Made by a program: the position numbers and the translations under genes. From positions 155,909 through 219,908 of the forward strand of contig CAWGDK010000008.1 in NCBI GenBank assembly GCA_963821385.1: a stretch of DNA of 64,000 bases. Direction: 5' to 3'. The stretch is from an uncultured Gemmatimonadales bacterium. Its GTDB lineage: Bacteria > Gemmatimonadota > Gemmatimonadetes > Gemmatimonadales > GWC2-71-9. The number at the start of each line of letters is the position of its first letter. Position 1 is the stretch's first letter. A model generated the notes under the pieces. The model did not search any database. It was not told the origin of the DNA and saw only the letters and a program-made list of their open reading frames with translations. Shown here one piece after another: positions 9,987-20,529 of the stretch.

Positions 9987-10955
9987 CTAGTGAGGGGTGC
10001 CGGCCCGGGCGAGGACCGAATCGATCTGGCGCCAGGTCACCAGGTGAATACTCTCTTCGCGCAGCAGCCGGCGGAAGCGCCGGCTGGCAACAAAGCGCCA
10101 ATCGCGCAGGCGCCAGGCCGCACCCCAATTCACCCGATCCTGGGTCAGCAGCCGCACGTCCATCGAATCGAGCGCCGGGTGGAGGATCAACTCCGACACA
10201 CCGCTGGGAAGCGCGCGGATCTGGTCCACGTAGCAGCTGTCCCAGTCCTTGGGCGCTACGTCCGGGGAGATCGCAATCACGCGGGACAACTCGAGCGGCC
10301 CGCTGGGGAAGCGCCGCATCACGTCGCGGCCCGACACCCATTCGCGGGCGCTGAGCAACGGCACCCCCGCCTCCTGCGCCACGCGGCGCAGCACCTCGAA
10401 CAGCACCGGGCCGCTCGAGAACAACACGAATTCATGCACGTCGACATGGGTGAGCTGGATCCCCGCCGCCCGCGCTGCGGCGATCTGCGCGCGCAGCTCG
10501 TGCTCGACGTCCTGCCACCGCACCCGGGTTGTGTCGGTCCACTCGCGCAGCAGCAGGCTGTCGTCACCCAGCAACGTGGGGACGGAGTCGCGCGGCGCCA
10601 CCGGCCCCCAGTGGTATCCCGGCCATTCGCTGGTCAGGGCGAGGTGCACGCCAAGATCGAAGTCCGGGTGGGCCCGCGCATAGGCCGCGACCTGCTGGAA
10701 CCAGGGGCCCGGCACGATCACGCTCCCCGACACGAGCAAGCCGGAGTCGCGGGCGGCCTGCACCGCGGCGTTGCCCGACCGCGTCGTGCCGAGATCGTCG
10801 AAGTGGAGAATCAAAAGCCGCGCGCCACGCGGATACCCGAGTCGGACCTCGAGCGGGAGGGCGCCCGCCTCCGGTTCCGGCACGGCCGGAGCATGCGAGC
10901 CCGTACAAGCCAGGGCCAGACCGGCGAGGAGACTCAAGACTCCTGGTCGTGGCAC
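9987..10955 (-). CDS. ChbG/YdjC family polysaccharide deacetylase (lipoprotein)
   Basis: LILHFDDLG, LGVHLALTSEW, THVDVH, ELILHP; LALAC lipobox; start inferred at GTG 10955. Confidence 0.85.
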   Translation of the reverse strand: MPRPGVLSLLAGLALACTGSHAPAVPEPEAGALPLEVRLGYPRGARLLILHFDDLGTTRSGNAAVQAARDSGLLVSGSVIVPGPWFQQVAAYARAHPDFDLGVHLALTSEWPGYHWGPVAPRDSVPTLLGDDSLLLREWTDTTRVRWQDVEHELRAQIAAARAAGIQLTHVDVHEFVLFSSGPVLFEVLRRVAQEAGVPLLSAREWVSGRDVMRRFPSGPLELSRVIAISPDVAPKDWDSCYVDQIRALPSGVSELILHPALDSMDVRLLTQDRVNWGAAWRLRDWRFVASRRFRRLLREESIHLVTWRQIDSVLARAGTPH

Positions 10956-10969
10956 GAGGGGGGTCCGTC

Positions 10970-11479
10970 CTATCCGGTCTTCAGGAGCTCGCCGATCCGG
11001 GCCAGATGATGGTCGTCGTGCTCGGCCACGAACACCGCGAGGTCGATGAGCCGCATCGGGGTCTGCAGGCGGGGATGCAACGCGGTGCGCTCCAGCAGGG
11101 TGGCGTCGGCATTGTCCAGGCGGACGGTGAGTCGCCGGCGCTCGCGCCGGAATGCTTCCAGCAACGAGGCAAGCGGCAAGGCGTTGTGGTTCGCCTGATG
11201 GGTCTTCCGGTTCTGGAGATCCGCCGCCGCGAGCACCGTCGCCCCGGACGCCAGCTCCTCTACGCGCGTCAGCCACAGCGGCTCAAGATCGAGCAGGTGG
11301 CCGACGTTTTCCTGGATCGACCACGTATCCCCCACTCGTCGCGTCAGCGTCGTGGTGGGGACTCCGCGGACTCGCTCCTCGACCCGGGCCGGCGTTCCGC
11401 GCAGGCGCTCGACGATGTTCGCGAACAGACTGTTCGGCACGTCGAACGCGAAGCGGCGCTCGAACCAGCGGGAGGGCAC
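10970..11479 (-). CDS. DinB/YfiT family protein
   Basis: WSIQENVGHLLDLE and AEHDDHHLARI. Confidence 0.9.
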   Translation of the reverse strand: MPSRWFERRFAFDVPNSLFANIVERLRGTPARVEERVRGVPTTTLTRRVGDTWSIQENVGHLLDLEPLWLTRVEELASGATVLAAADLQNRKTHQANHNALPLASLLEAFRRERRRLTVRLDNADATLLERTALHPRLQTPMRLIDLAVFVAEHDDHHLARIGELLKTG

Positions 11480-11483
11480 GCGA

Positions 11484-12572
11484 TTACTGCTCCTGCGGTA
11501 CCGCCTGCGTACGATCCACTACCCGTGCCATCACCGGCGCGCCGGGAAACAGCATGGCCAGTCCGCCTACGACCACCTGTTCCCCCACGCTCACGCCGCT
11601 CCTGATCTCGACGAACCCCGGAGTCCGCACACCCAACCCCACCTGGCGCTGGTTGGCCTTCCCTTCCTCGACCACCCACACGAAGTTCGCGCCCTGCATC
11701 GGAACAATGGCATCCTCCGGGACAACCACGGCCTTGGGACGCAATCCGGTCACGAGGTGTGCCTGGATGAACATCCCCGGTTGCAACAGCCGCTGCGGAT
11801 TGGGCACGCGCGCCTTGATCAGAATCGTCCGACCCGGCTGCTGCACCACCGGGTCGACGAAATCCACTTCCCCGACAAAGTCGCGTCCCGTGATGGCGCC
11901 GACCTGGAAGGTTACCCGCTGTCCCCGCTGCAACGACCGCGCGAACCGCTCAGGCACCTGAAACGAGGCACGCTGCGGGTTCACCGTCTGCAGGCTGACC
12001 AGACGGGTGCTGGTCGTGACGTAGTCACCCTGGCTGACGAATCGTTGTCCCACGACGCCGCCGAACGGCGCGCGTACGGTGGCGCGCGCCAGGCGCGTGT
12101 TCTGCTGCCGGAATTGCGCATCGGCGCTGCGCGCCGCCGCTTCCGCCCGTTCGAGGTCGGCCGGGGAGGCAGCGTTTTGGGCGATGAGATCCTTGGTGCG
12201 AGCGAGGTCCTGCTGCGCCAGATCCCGTTGCGCGGCGAGCTGAGCGACCTGCGCCGCCAGAATGGTCGTGTCCACCTGGAATAGCGCCGCGCCCGGCGCC
12301 ACGCCCTGCCCTTCACGGAACAGGATCGCGATAATGCGCCCTTCTACTTCGGGATGCAGCTCGATCGCCTGGATCGCCTCGATCTGTCCCGTCGCCGCGA
12401 TTTCGTCGCGTACCGTATCGGCTTTGGCGACCGCTACCTCGACTGGCATGGCGGGCGGGCCACCACCGGCGCCGCCACCACCGGGCGCGCCACCTTTGCC
12501 CTTGCACGCCACGGCCGCCAGGAAGGCAACCACCGCGTACCCCGCACCACGCACAACGGACCGATTCGTCAC
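11484..12572 (-). CDS. RND efflux periplasmic adaptor (MFP)
   Basis: AVAC lipobox; VRAPFGGVV, LQPGMFI, VVPEDAIV; GTGA overlap with the tolC-like gene. Confidence 0.92.
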   Translation of the reverse strand: MTNRSVVRGAGYAVVAFLAAVACKGKGGAPGGGGAGGGPPAMPVEVAVAKADTVRDEIAATGQIEAIQAIELHPEVEGRIIAILFREGQGVAPGAALFQVDTTILAAQVAQLAAQRDLAQQDLARTKDLIAQNAASPADLERAEAAARSADAQFRQQNTRLARATVRAPFGGVVGQRFVSQGDYVTTSTRLVSLQTVNPQRASFQVPERFARSLQRGQRVTFQVGAITGRDFVGEVDFVDPVVQQPGRTILIKARVPNPQRLLQPGMFIQAHLVTGLRPKAVVVPEDAIVPMQGANFVWVVEEGKANQRQVGLGVRTPGFVEIRSGVSVGEQVVVGGLAMLFPGAPVMARVVDRTQAVPQEQ

Positions 12573-13858
12573 GGTGATCCCTGATCGAAGGTGATGCGCT
12601 CGCCGAGGATGACTTCCAGGCCTGCGCGCGCGCGTCGAGTAGAGTACATCGCCTGGACGAGATCGGCTTCCGCCCCCACCAGCCGGTTCTGCGCATCCAG
12701 GAGATCGAGAATCGTCGTCGCCCCGGCCCGGTAGCGGGTCTCTTGCACGCGGTTGTTCTCGCGCGCCACCAGCACCGCGTCCATCTCCAACGCCACGGTG
12801 GCCCGGCTCGTTTCGTACGCGTCGTAGGCGGCGGTCACATCGTGCCACGCTGAGCGCTCCAGGTCATTGCGGATCGCCCGCGCGACGTCGCGGCTCGCGG
12901 CCGCCTGTGACAGCTGAATCTCGCGCTGACCGTTGTTCCACAATGGGAACGTCACGGTCAGAGAGAGGCTCGACCGCTTGATCAGCTTGGGGTAGAACTT
13001 CGTGTCGAATGCGCCGCCGTTGAAGTCGAGCGACGCGTGGGGCAGATAGTCCCCGCGCCGTGCCCAGAGCGTGGCCGACGCCGCCCGCTCGTTGGCCCGC
13101 GCGATGCGCCAGGCCGGACCCTGGCCCAACGCCCGGCTCACCGCGTCCTGGACCGTGAATGGCAGGAGGCGCGCGGCGGCGGTGTCACCCGCGTCCGGGG
13201 CCACGTCGGCCGCTCCGGCCAGCCCGATGCGGCGACCCAGCTGGAGCTGGGCCGCCCGCAACGCGGCGTGCTGCTGCAGCAGGGCAACCCGCGCCTGCGC
13301 CAACCCCAGGAAGAGCTGCAGCGAGTCCGTCTGCACCGCCGCGCCCGAGGTGACCCGTGCGCGCGCCACGCCGAACTGCTGTTCGGCGCGATGCACCTGG
13401 TCTTCGGCCACCCGTGCCAGCGCCCGCTGGGCCAGCACCGAATAGAAATCGGATTCGGTGTTCATGGCGGTGGTCAGGCGCGCCTGCAACTCGCCGGCGC
13501 GCGCACTCTCCAGGGCGGCCCCACTCGAGGCGAGCCCGGCGAACTTCTGTCCCCCGGTGAACAGGTCGAGGTGCGCGTCGATCGTCGCCGAATAGGTGTT
13601 CGGGACCGCCGTGAACGTGGCGAAGTTGAAGAATGGCGGCCAGTAATGGGTCTTGTTGGCCGACACCGTCACGGCCGGTACGATGAACACGGTGAACGCC
13701 GCCGCGCGAGCCCACTCCGCGCTGTTCACCGCGCCGGCCGCCGACACATAGTTCGGGTCGAGCCGCGCAGCCTTCTGGAGCGCGTCGGCGAGGGTGACGA
13801 CTGGCATCGTGTCCTGCGCCGCGGCCACCTGCAACGCGGCGAGCAATGGCCAGATCAC
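12569..13858 (-). CDS. TolC family outer membrane efflux protein
   Basis: VTLADALQKA, RYRAGATTILDLLDAQ; GTGA overlap with the RND permease. Confidence 0.9.
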   Translation of the reverse strand: MIWPLLAALQVAAAQDTMPVVTLADALQKAARLDPNYVSAAGAVNSAEWARAAAFTVFIVPAVTVSANKTHYWPPFFNFATFTAVPNTYSATIDAHLDLFTGGQKFAGLASSGAALESARAGELQARLTTAMNTESDFYSVLAQRALARVAEDQVHRAEQQFGVARARVTSGAAVQTDSLQLFLGLAQARVALLQQHAALRAAQLQLGRRIGLAGAADVAPDAGDTAAARLLPFTVQDAVSRALGQGPAWRIARANERAASATLWARRGDYLPHASLDFNGGAFDTKFYPKLIKRSSLSLTVTFPLWNNGQREIQLSQAAASRDVARAIRNDLERSAWHDVTAAYDAYETSRATVALEMDAVLVARENNRVQETRYRAGATTILDLLDAQNRLVGAEADLVQAMYSTRRARAGLEVILGERITFDQGSP

Positions 13859-16800
13859 TTCGCCTCCGCCGGCTCGAGGGCGCGCCCCTGGAGATCGCGC
13901 GCTTCCCGCGCCCGTAGCCGGTCGAGCAGCACGTAGGCGGCGGGCACCACGAACAACGTCAGCGCCGTCGAGAAGAAGACGCCACCCACGATCGCGTACC
14001 CCAGCGGTCTGCGGGCCGCGGAGCCGGCTCCGAATCCCCATGCAACCGGTACCGCCCCCATGATGGTCGCCACCGATGTCATCAGGATCGGCCGCAGTCG
14101 GATGCGCCCCGCTTCGAGCACTGCGGCGACGGTGTCGAGCCCCTTCGCCTGCAGCTGATTCGCGTACTCGACGAGCAGAATCGAGTTCTTGCACACCAGG
14201 CCGATCAGGAGAATCATCCCGATCTGGCTGTACAGATTCATCGTCGCGCCGGAGAAGTGCAGCGCCCGCCCGATGAACGTGGGCGTCAACACCGCTACCA
14301 CCTTCAGGGTCGCCAGCGCGCCCGTAACCGCGAGCGGCACCGCCAGGAGTACCGTGAACGGGTGGACCAACGATTCGAACTGTGAGGCGAGCACCATGAT
14401 CACGACGAGGATGGCGATCACGAAGGCGAACCAGATCGCGCTCCCGCTCTCCCGGAACTCGCGGGACTCCCCCGCCAGCTCGGTGGTACTGCCGGGGGGC
14501 AAGAGCTGGCGGGCAACGGCGTCGAGGGAGTCGAGTGCTTCGCCTTGTGCCAGACCCGGCATGAGCGACGCCGAGAGCGTAAATGAGGGCACGCGGTTAT
14601 AGTGGTTGATCTGGCGCGGGCCGACCCCTTCCTCCACGTTGGCCAACGCTGCTAGCTGGACCAGCTGCCCGCCGTTGCCCCGCAGATAGATCCCTTGCAT
14701 GTCCCCGGGCGTCTCCCGATCCCTGGGATCGAGCTGCACCATCGCGTAATAGAGCTTGTCGTTGCGCGTGAACGTGCTGACCCGACGTCCGCCGAGGAAC
14801 GTCTGGAGTGCCGACGCGACATCGCGGACGGGGACGCCCAGATCCTCGGCACGGTCGCGGTCGAACGTGACGCGCAACTCCGGCTTGTTCACAAAAAGAT
14901 CGGTTTGCACGTTCACGAGGCCCTTGATCTGTTGCGCGCGACCCTGGAATGGACCCATGATCTCGGTGAGCTTCGCGAAATCCGGGTTCTGCACGACATA
15001 CTGGATGGGCTGCGAGAAGCCGATCGCGCCGGGCGAGTAGGGAAACGCCAGGACCCCGGACAGCCCCATGAGCTGCGGGAACAATCCTCCCACCATTTGT
15101 TGCACGGTCGTTTTCCGCTCGCTCCAATCCTTGAGGATGACGCCGACAAACGCGCTGTTCACCCCACCCGCGAATCCCCCGACGATGGTGAAGTAGCCGT
15201 TCACGTCGGGGGTCTTGCCGATGATCTGCTCCACCTGCCGGACGTAGCCGTCCGTGTACGGGAGCGACGCGCCTTCAGGACCTCGCACGACTACCAGGAA
15301 GAAGCCGCGGTCGTCGTCCGGAATCAGCTCGTGTTGCAACCGGGTCGGCGGGAACATGAGAAATGTGAATACCGATACGGCCACGACGGCCACCGTGCCC
15401 ACGAGCACGGCCACGCGATGCGTGACCGCGCGCTGGAGCAATCTGGCGTAGCGCTCCGACAACGCGGTGAAGCCGCGCTCGAACATTTGGAACACCTCAC
15501 CGTGCGAGTGCGACATGCGCAGAATCTTGGCGCACAACATCGGCGTGAGTGTCAGCGCGACGAACCCGGAAATGACCACCGCGCCCGCCACGGCGATCCC
15601 GAACTCGCTCAACAAGCGGCCGGCCGTCCCTGTCAGGAATGCCAGGGGTGAGAACACCGCCACCAGCGCGATCGTCGTCGCAATGACGGCGAACCCGATC
15701 TCATTGGTGCCGTTCACCGCCGCCTGCTCGGGCTTTTCCCGCAACTCCTCCTGGTGTCGGAAGGCGTTCTCGAGCACGATAATGGCGTCGTCCACCACGA
15801 TGCCGATCGCGATCGTGAGCGCCAGCAACGTGAAGTTGTTGATCGAGAAGCCCAGGAAATACATGATCGCGAACGTCGCGATAATCGACGCCGGGATCGC
15901 GAGCCCGGGGATGATCGTCGCCCGGACGTTGCGCAGGAAAACGAAGATGATCAGCACGACGAGGATGGCGGCAATGAGCAGCGTGAGCCGCGCATCGTTG
16001 ATCGAGTGTGTCACGAACACCGATCCGTCGAACGCGCTGAGGAGCTTCACACCGGTCGGGAGCGTCGCCTGGATGCCCGGCAGCGCCTCGCGAATGCGGC
16101 GGGCCACGTCGATGAGGTTCGCTTTCGACTGCCGCACGACCCCGATCGCGACCGAGGGCACGCCGTTGTAGCGAAAGATCGAGCGATCGTCCTCCGGCCC
16201 CAGCTCGACTTTCGCCACGTCCTTGAGCTTGACGAGCTGGTTGCCCTGGCCGGCGACCACCAGCTCGCCGAATTCCTGCGGCGTCTTGAGCTCGCCCAGC
16301 GAGCGCACCGAGAACTCGCGCCGCGTCGATTCGATCCGACCGGCGGGAATCTCGACGTTGCGCGACGTGATCGCGGCCTCGATGTCCTGGACGGTCAGCC
16401 CGCGCGCCGACAAGGCTTCGGGCTGGACCCAGATCCGCATCGAGTAGCGCCGCTCACCGAAGATGTTGGCGCTGCCGACGCCCGGCAGACTCTGCAGGCG
16501 CGCCTTCACCAGGCGATCAGCGATATCGGAGAGCTGCATCAGGTCGAAGTTTTCGCTGGAGAGCGCCAGCCAGAAGAACGGCTGCGCGTCGGCCTGTTGC
16601 TTGGCGATCACCGGCTCGAGCACGTCGACGGGCAGGCGCCCGCGCACGCGCGACACTTTGTCGCGCACATCCTGAGCGGCCACGTCGACAGGCCGGTCGA
16701 GCGTGAACTCGAGCGTGATCTGGCTGTTCTGCTCCGCGGACGAGCTCGAGAGGGTGCGCAGACCCTGGATCGTCGACAACTCCTCTTCGAGCACGTCGGT

Positions 16801-16989
16801 CACGGCGGTTTCCACGACCTGGGCATTGGCTCCGGGCAGGGTCGTGGAGACCGAGATGATGGGCGGATCGATGTCCGGGAGCTCGCGTACCGACAAGCGC
16901 GTGTACCCGATGAACCCGAACAGGACCAGCGCGGCGGACAACATGCTGGCCAGGACTGGGCGGCGGATGGCGGTTTCGGAGAGTTTCAT
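13855..16989 (-). CDS. RND efflux permease (AcrB/AcrD/AcrF family)
   Basis: 1044 aa; GIVVDDAIIVLEN, ALTLTPMLC, KNSILLVE, RLRPILMT. Confidence 0.97.
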   Translation of the reverse strand: MKLSETAIRRPVLASMLSAALVLFGFIGYTRLSVRELPDIDPPIISVSTTLPGANAQVVETAVTDVLEEELSTIQGLRTLSSSSAEQNSQITLEFTLDRPVDVAAQDVRDKVSRVRGRLPVDVLEPVIAKQQADAQPFFWLALSSENFDLMQLSDIADRLVKARLQSLPGVGSANIFGERRYSMRIWVQPEALSARGLTVQDIEAAITSRNVEIPAGRIESTRREFSVRSLGELKTPQEFGELVVAGQGNQLVKLKDVAKVELGPEDDRSIFRYNGVPSVAIGVVRQSKANLIDVARRIREALPGIQATLPTGVKLLSAFDGSVFVTHSINDARLTLLIAAILVVLIIFVFLRNVRATIIPGLAIPASIIATFAIMYFLGFSINNFTLLALTIAIGIVVDDAIIVLENAFRHQEELREKPEQAAVNGTNEIGFAVIATTIALVAVFSPLAFLTGTAGRLLSEFGIAVAGAVVISGFVALTLTPMLCAKILRMSHSHGEVFQMFERGFTALSERYARLLQRAVTHRVAVLVGTVAVVAVSVFTFLMFPPTRLQHELIPDDDRGFFLVVVRGPEGASLPYTDGYVRQVEQIIGKTPDVNGYFTIVGGFAGGVNSAFVGVILKDWSERKTTVQQMVGGLFPQLMGLSGVLAFPYSPGAIGFSQPIQYVVQNPDFAKLTEIMGPFQGRAQQIKGLVNVQTDLFVNKPELRVTFDRDRAEDLGVPVRDVASALQTFLGGRRVSTFTRNDKLYYAMVQLDPRDRETPGDMQGIYLRGNGGQLVQLAALANVEEGVGPRQINHYNRVPSFTLSASLMPGLAQGEALDSLDAVARQLLPPGSTTELAGESREFRESGSAIWFAFVIAILVVIMVLASQFESLVHPFTVLLAVPLAVTGALATLKVVAVLTPTFIGRALHFSGATMNLYSQIGMILLIGLVCKNSILLVEYANQLQAKGLDTVAAVLEAGRIRLRPILMTSVATIMGAVPVAWGFGAGSAARRPLGYAIVGGVFFSTALTLFVVPAAYVLLDRLRAREARDLQGRALEPAEAK

Positions 16990-17059
16990 AGACCCGTGTC
17001 GTCCCGGGAGATGTTAGCGGCTGGACAGTCCACAACGGTAACGGGCGCTGTCACAGTCT

Positions 17060-17201
17060 GGTTTCCGTTCGGCTTCTGCATAGAACGTCGAAATAGAACG
17101 GGGGAAATCGACAGCTGTCCGTCCCGATTCTGTTCGAACTTGGGACCCGAACATACACCGTAGATCGGAAACCCCGCAAGAGGTCAGCCAGGCGGGCTGA
17201 C
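17060..17201 (-). ncRNA. Candidate structured RNA / 5' leader of the RND operon
   Basis: Nested complementarity: GGTTTCCG(17060)/CGGAAACC(17166), GTTCGG/CCGAAC, TCGAAATAGAACGGGG/TCCCGATTCTGTTCGA, plus a GTCAGCC/GGCTGAC hairpin; no family recognised. Confidence 0.3.
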
Positions 17202-17214
17202 TGCTTCGTGCGGC

Positions 17215-17244
17215 ATGTTATCCCACAATCGCCGAAATGTACAA
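17215..17244 (-). promoter_or_regulatory. Possible sigma70-type promoter for the RND operon
   Basis: Minus strand TTGTAC-N18-TAACAT immediately after the upstream hairpin. Confidence 0.35.
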
Positions 17245-17245
17245 G

Positions 17246-17273
17246 AGGGGTCAGGAAGATTCTCCTGACCCCT
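17246..17273 (-). terminator. Hairpin, probable terminator of the upstream OMP gene
   Basis: Perfect 11-bp stem AGGGGTCAGGA/TCCTGACCCCT with a 6-nt loop; only a weak U tract. Confidence 0.55.
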
Positions 17274-17331
17274 ACTGACTAAGAACTCCTACGCGTCTGG
17301 GCGACTAGGCGCCTGCCTGTCCGACTATCGA

Positions 17332-18040
17332 CTATCGGATTCCCACTGTCACGCCCAAGTGCATCACCACGAGGTTCGCGGGCGTCCGGTTGACGTCGAT
17401 CAGCACCGACCCATTCGGTTGCGGATTGACGCCACCAGGACTGACATACCACGCGTCCCCGTTGTACAGATACCGTGCACCGAGGTCGATCGACACCGGT
17501 GTGTGCCGGGTCCGCAGCGCGACGAGCAGCCCACCCCCACCCTGCAGGGCCGCCTGCCAGTCGTCGAAGTCGGTCTGCGAGGCAAAGGCATCGCAGCCGC
17601 AGCCGTCCACCCGGTAGGAGGAGCGCGCCGAGATGTAGGAGGCGCCGAACGTCCCGAACCCGTACAGGCGCACCGGGCCCTGCCCCACCGTCAGCTGAGG
17701 TCCGATGCCGAACGTCGCGATCGAGTAGGTGGTGTTGACGGCGACAGGATAGAACGGCTGGGGGATATACGCGGTTCTCGTCGCCATAGATGAGGTAGGA
17801 CCCGTCGAACCGGATCGCCACCGCCCCGCCACGGCCCAGGCTCAAGGCGCCGAACACATCGACCCCACCGGCCACGTTGACGTTGCGGTTGAACTCGCCC
17901 ACCGGAACGGCGACGGCCAGGTTGATCCCGGCGCTGCCCACGTTCCGGACCTCCCTCAACCCGGATGCATAGCGCTGCCCGACACCTGGCCGGACACCGG
18001 CGACCATCACCGCAAGCGCCATGAGCCCCACGCGTACCAT
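17332..18040 (-). CDS. Outer-membrane beta-barrel-like protein (one apparent frameshift near 17775)
   Basis: Signal peptide MVRVGLMALAVMVAG; alternating beta strands (RLYGFGTFGASY, IDLGARYLY, HLGVTVGIR) continue across two frames. Confidence 0.7.
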
Positions 18041-18151
18041 CGTGCCCGCCCTGTTCGAGTTGTGTCGTGCAGGGGCAAGGCATATGCCAATCATAGAAAG
18101 GCTAGATTCCTCAAGTGTTGTCGAGCGATGTGACCTACTGGGAGGACACCG

Positions 18152-18487
18152 ATGCCCGAGATTTCCTACGACGATTTCGCCAAGGTCGACGTTCGGGTGG
18201 GCCGGATCGTCGCCGTCGAGGATTTCCCGCAGGCGCGCAAGCCGGCGTGGAAGCTGCGCATCGACTTTGGGGAATTGGGCGTGAAATCATCCAGCGCGCA
18301 GCTGACGCTGCACTACGCCAAAGAGGATCTCATCGGGAAACTGGTGCTCGCCGTGGTGAACTTCCCGCCGCGCCAGATCGCCAACTTCTTCTCCGAGGTG
18401 CTCACGCTGGGGATCGACGCAGGACCGGGCGACGTCGTGCTGGTGCACCCCGACCGGGAGGTGCCGCTGGGTGCGCGGCTGTGCTAG
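18152..18487 (+). CDS. csaA: tRNA-binding OB-fold protein / chaperone CsaA
   Basis: [44 protein letters not shown]. Confidence 0.9.
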   Translation: MPEISYDDFAKVDVRVGRIVAVEDFPQARKPAWKLRIDFGELGVKSSSAQLTLHYAKEDLIGKLVLAVVNFPPRQIANFFSEVLTLGIDAGPGDVVLVHPDREVPLGARLC

Positions 18488-19012
18488 GCCTTGAGCCGGG
18501 CGAGATGCTCCTTACGAAACTTGGCGACTTTGGGCGCGATCACCACACGACAATACCCCTGCCCCGGGTTGCGCCGGAAATAGTCCTGGTGGTAGGACTC
18601 GGCGGGATAGAACTGCGCCAAGCGGCTCGACCTCGGTGACCAACGGAGCGTCCCAGATCCCCGCCTGATCGATCTCCCGGATCACCGCCCGGGCGTCCTG
18701 CTCCTGCTCCGGACTATGAAAGAAGATGGCCGAGCGGTATTGGGTGCCGACATCGGCCCCTTGCTGATTGAGGGTGGTGGGATCGTGGATCGCGAAGAAG
18801 ACCTGGAGCAAGTCCCGGAACGGGAGGACGGTGGGGTCGAAGGTGACCTGAACCACTTCGGCATGCCCGGTGCGGCCGGTGCAGACTTGCTCGTAGGTGG
18901 GGTTCGGCACCTCGCCGCCGGCGTACCCGGAGACGACGCGCTCGACCCCTTTGAGATCCTGGAACACCGCCTCCAGGCACCAGAAGCAACCACCTGCCAA
19001 TGTCGCGATCAT
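18484..19012 (-). CDS. msrA: Peptide-methionine (S)-S-oxide reductase MsrA (apparent frameshift near 18620)
   Basis: [41 protein letters not shown] continues in another frame to TAG at 18484. Confidence 0.92.
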
Positions 19013-19083
19013 ACCGCCTCCGCAACGCGGGCACCCGCCGGTCGGTTCCCCGGCATCCGTGAAGCTGCTAGCATACAGCCCCT

Positions 19084-20529
19084 GTGCTACTGAAACGCCT
19101 GTACGATGAGGCCCTCGCCCAAGCCGGATACCTGATCGGCTGCGACGTGACGGGCGAAGCGCTGGTCGTGGACCCGCTGCGCGACGTCGCGCCGTATCTC
19201 GACGCCGCCAAGGCCGAAGACCTGACCATCACGCACGTCACCGAGACCCACATCCACGCCGACTTCGTCTCGGGCAGCCGTGAGCTGGCCCAGCTGACCG
19301 GGGCGGTGCTGCACCTCTCCGACGAGGGCGGGCCGGACTGGCGCTACGCCTATGCGGAGTCCGCCGGGGCTGCCCCGCTCAAGCATGGCGATCGGTTTCA
19401 GGTCGGCAAGGTGCGCATCGACGTGCTGCACACGCCGGGGCATACGCCGGAACACCTCGCGTTTCTGGTCACCGATACCGCCAGCGCCGACTCACCGCTC
19501 GGGATGCTGTCCGGCGATTTCCTGTTCGTGAGCGAAGTCGGTCGCCCCGACCTGCTCGAACGGGTGGCCGGTCACCAGGGCACCATGGAAACTTCGGCGC
19601 GTGCCCTGTTCCGGTCGGTGCAGAGCCTGCGGGCCCTGCCCGATTACCTCCAAATCTGGCCCGGCCATGGGGCGGGCTCCGCGTGCGGTAAATCGCTGGG
19701 GGCAATGCCGCAGAGCACGCTGGGCTATGAGCGGCTCACCAATTGGGCGATGCGCGAAAAGTCCGAGGACGCCTTCGTGACCACCGTCCTGGCGGGCCAG
19801 CCCGAGCCGCCGCCGTATTTCGCCGAAATGAAACGGATCAACCGGGATGGTCCGCGCCTGCTGGGCGCGCGCCCGCGTCCGGCACAGCTCGACCTGGGCC
19901 GCATCGATCGGTTGATCGCCGCCGGCGTGATGGTCGTGGATACGCGCCCGGCGGACCAGTTCGCCGGTGCCCATCTGCCTGGTACCCTCAACATTCCGCT
20001 CAACCGCGCGTTCACGGGCTGGGCCGGATGGCTGATCCCGTACGACAAGGATTTCGGCCTGCTGATCGATCCGGCACGGCCGGGGGCCGTCGACCAGGCC
20101 GCCCGGGAACTGGGACTGATCGGCCTCGACCGGATCACGGGATTCGGCGAGATCGATGCGGCCGCGATCGATCGACGGCGCGCGGCCGGTATCCGACCGG
20201 TGTCGATCCGGAGTGTGACCGTGGCCCAGGTCGCGGACCAGGTGCGCCAGAGCGGCGCGACGCTGGTCGACGTGCGGACGCGCGCCGAGTGGGACGCCGG
20301 TCACGTGCCGGGCGCCGTGCACATCCCGCTCGGGGAGCTGACCCAGCGACAGGCCGAGGTCCCGTCCTCCGGGACGGTGGTGGTGCACTGTCAGACCCAG
20401 AGTCGCGCGGCGATCGCCGCCAGCCTGCTGCAACGGCTGGGGAGGACCAACGTCGTGAAGATGGAGGGCGGGTATTCCGGGTGGCAGGCGGCGGGTCAGC
20501 CGGTCGAACTGGATACGCGAACCGGCTGA
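19084..20529 (+). CDS. MBL-fold persulfide dioxygenase-like protein fused to two rhodanese domains
   Basis: [55 protein letters not shown]. Confidence 0.92.
   Translation: MLLKRLYDEALAQAGYLIGCDVTGEALVVDPLRDVAPYLDAAKAEDLTITHVTETHIHADFVSGSRELAQLTGAVLHLSDEGGPDWRYAYAESAGAAPLKHGDRFQVGKVRIDVLHTPGHTPEHLAFLVTDTASADSPLGMLSGDFLFVSEVGRPDLLERVAGHQGTMETSARALFRSVQSLRALPDYLQIWPGHGAGSACGKSLGAMPQSTLGYERLTNWAMREKSEDAFVTTVLAGQPEPPPYFAEMKRINRDGPRLLGARPRPAQLDLGRIDRLIAAGVMVVDTRPADQFAGAHLPGTLNIPLNRAFTGWAGWLIPYDKDFGLLIDPARPGAVDQAARELGLIGLDRITGFGEIDAAAIDRRRAAGIRPVSIRSVTVAQVADQVRQSGATLVDVRTRAEWDAGHVPGAVHIPLGELTQRQAEVPSSGTVVVHCQTQSRAAIAASLLQRLGRTNVVKMEGGYSGWQAAGQPVELDTRTG

Noticed and set aside
17060..17173. Firm call as 6S RNA, SRP RNA or a known riboswitch
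   Set aside because: Shorter than typical 6S RNA and no diagnostic motif recognised by eye; kept only as a candidate pending an Rfam search.
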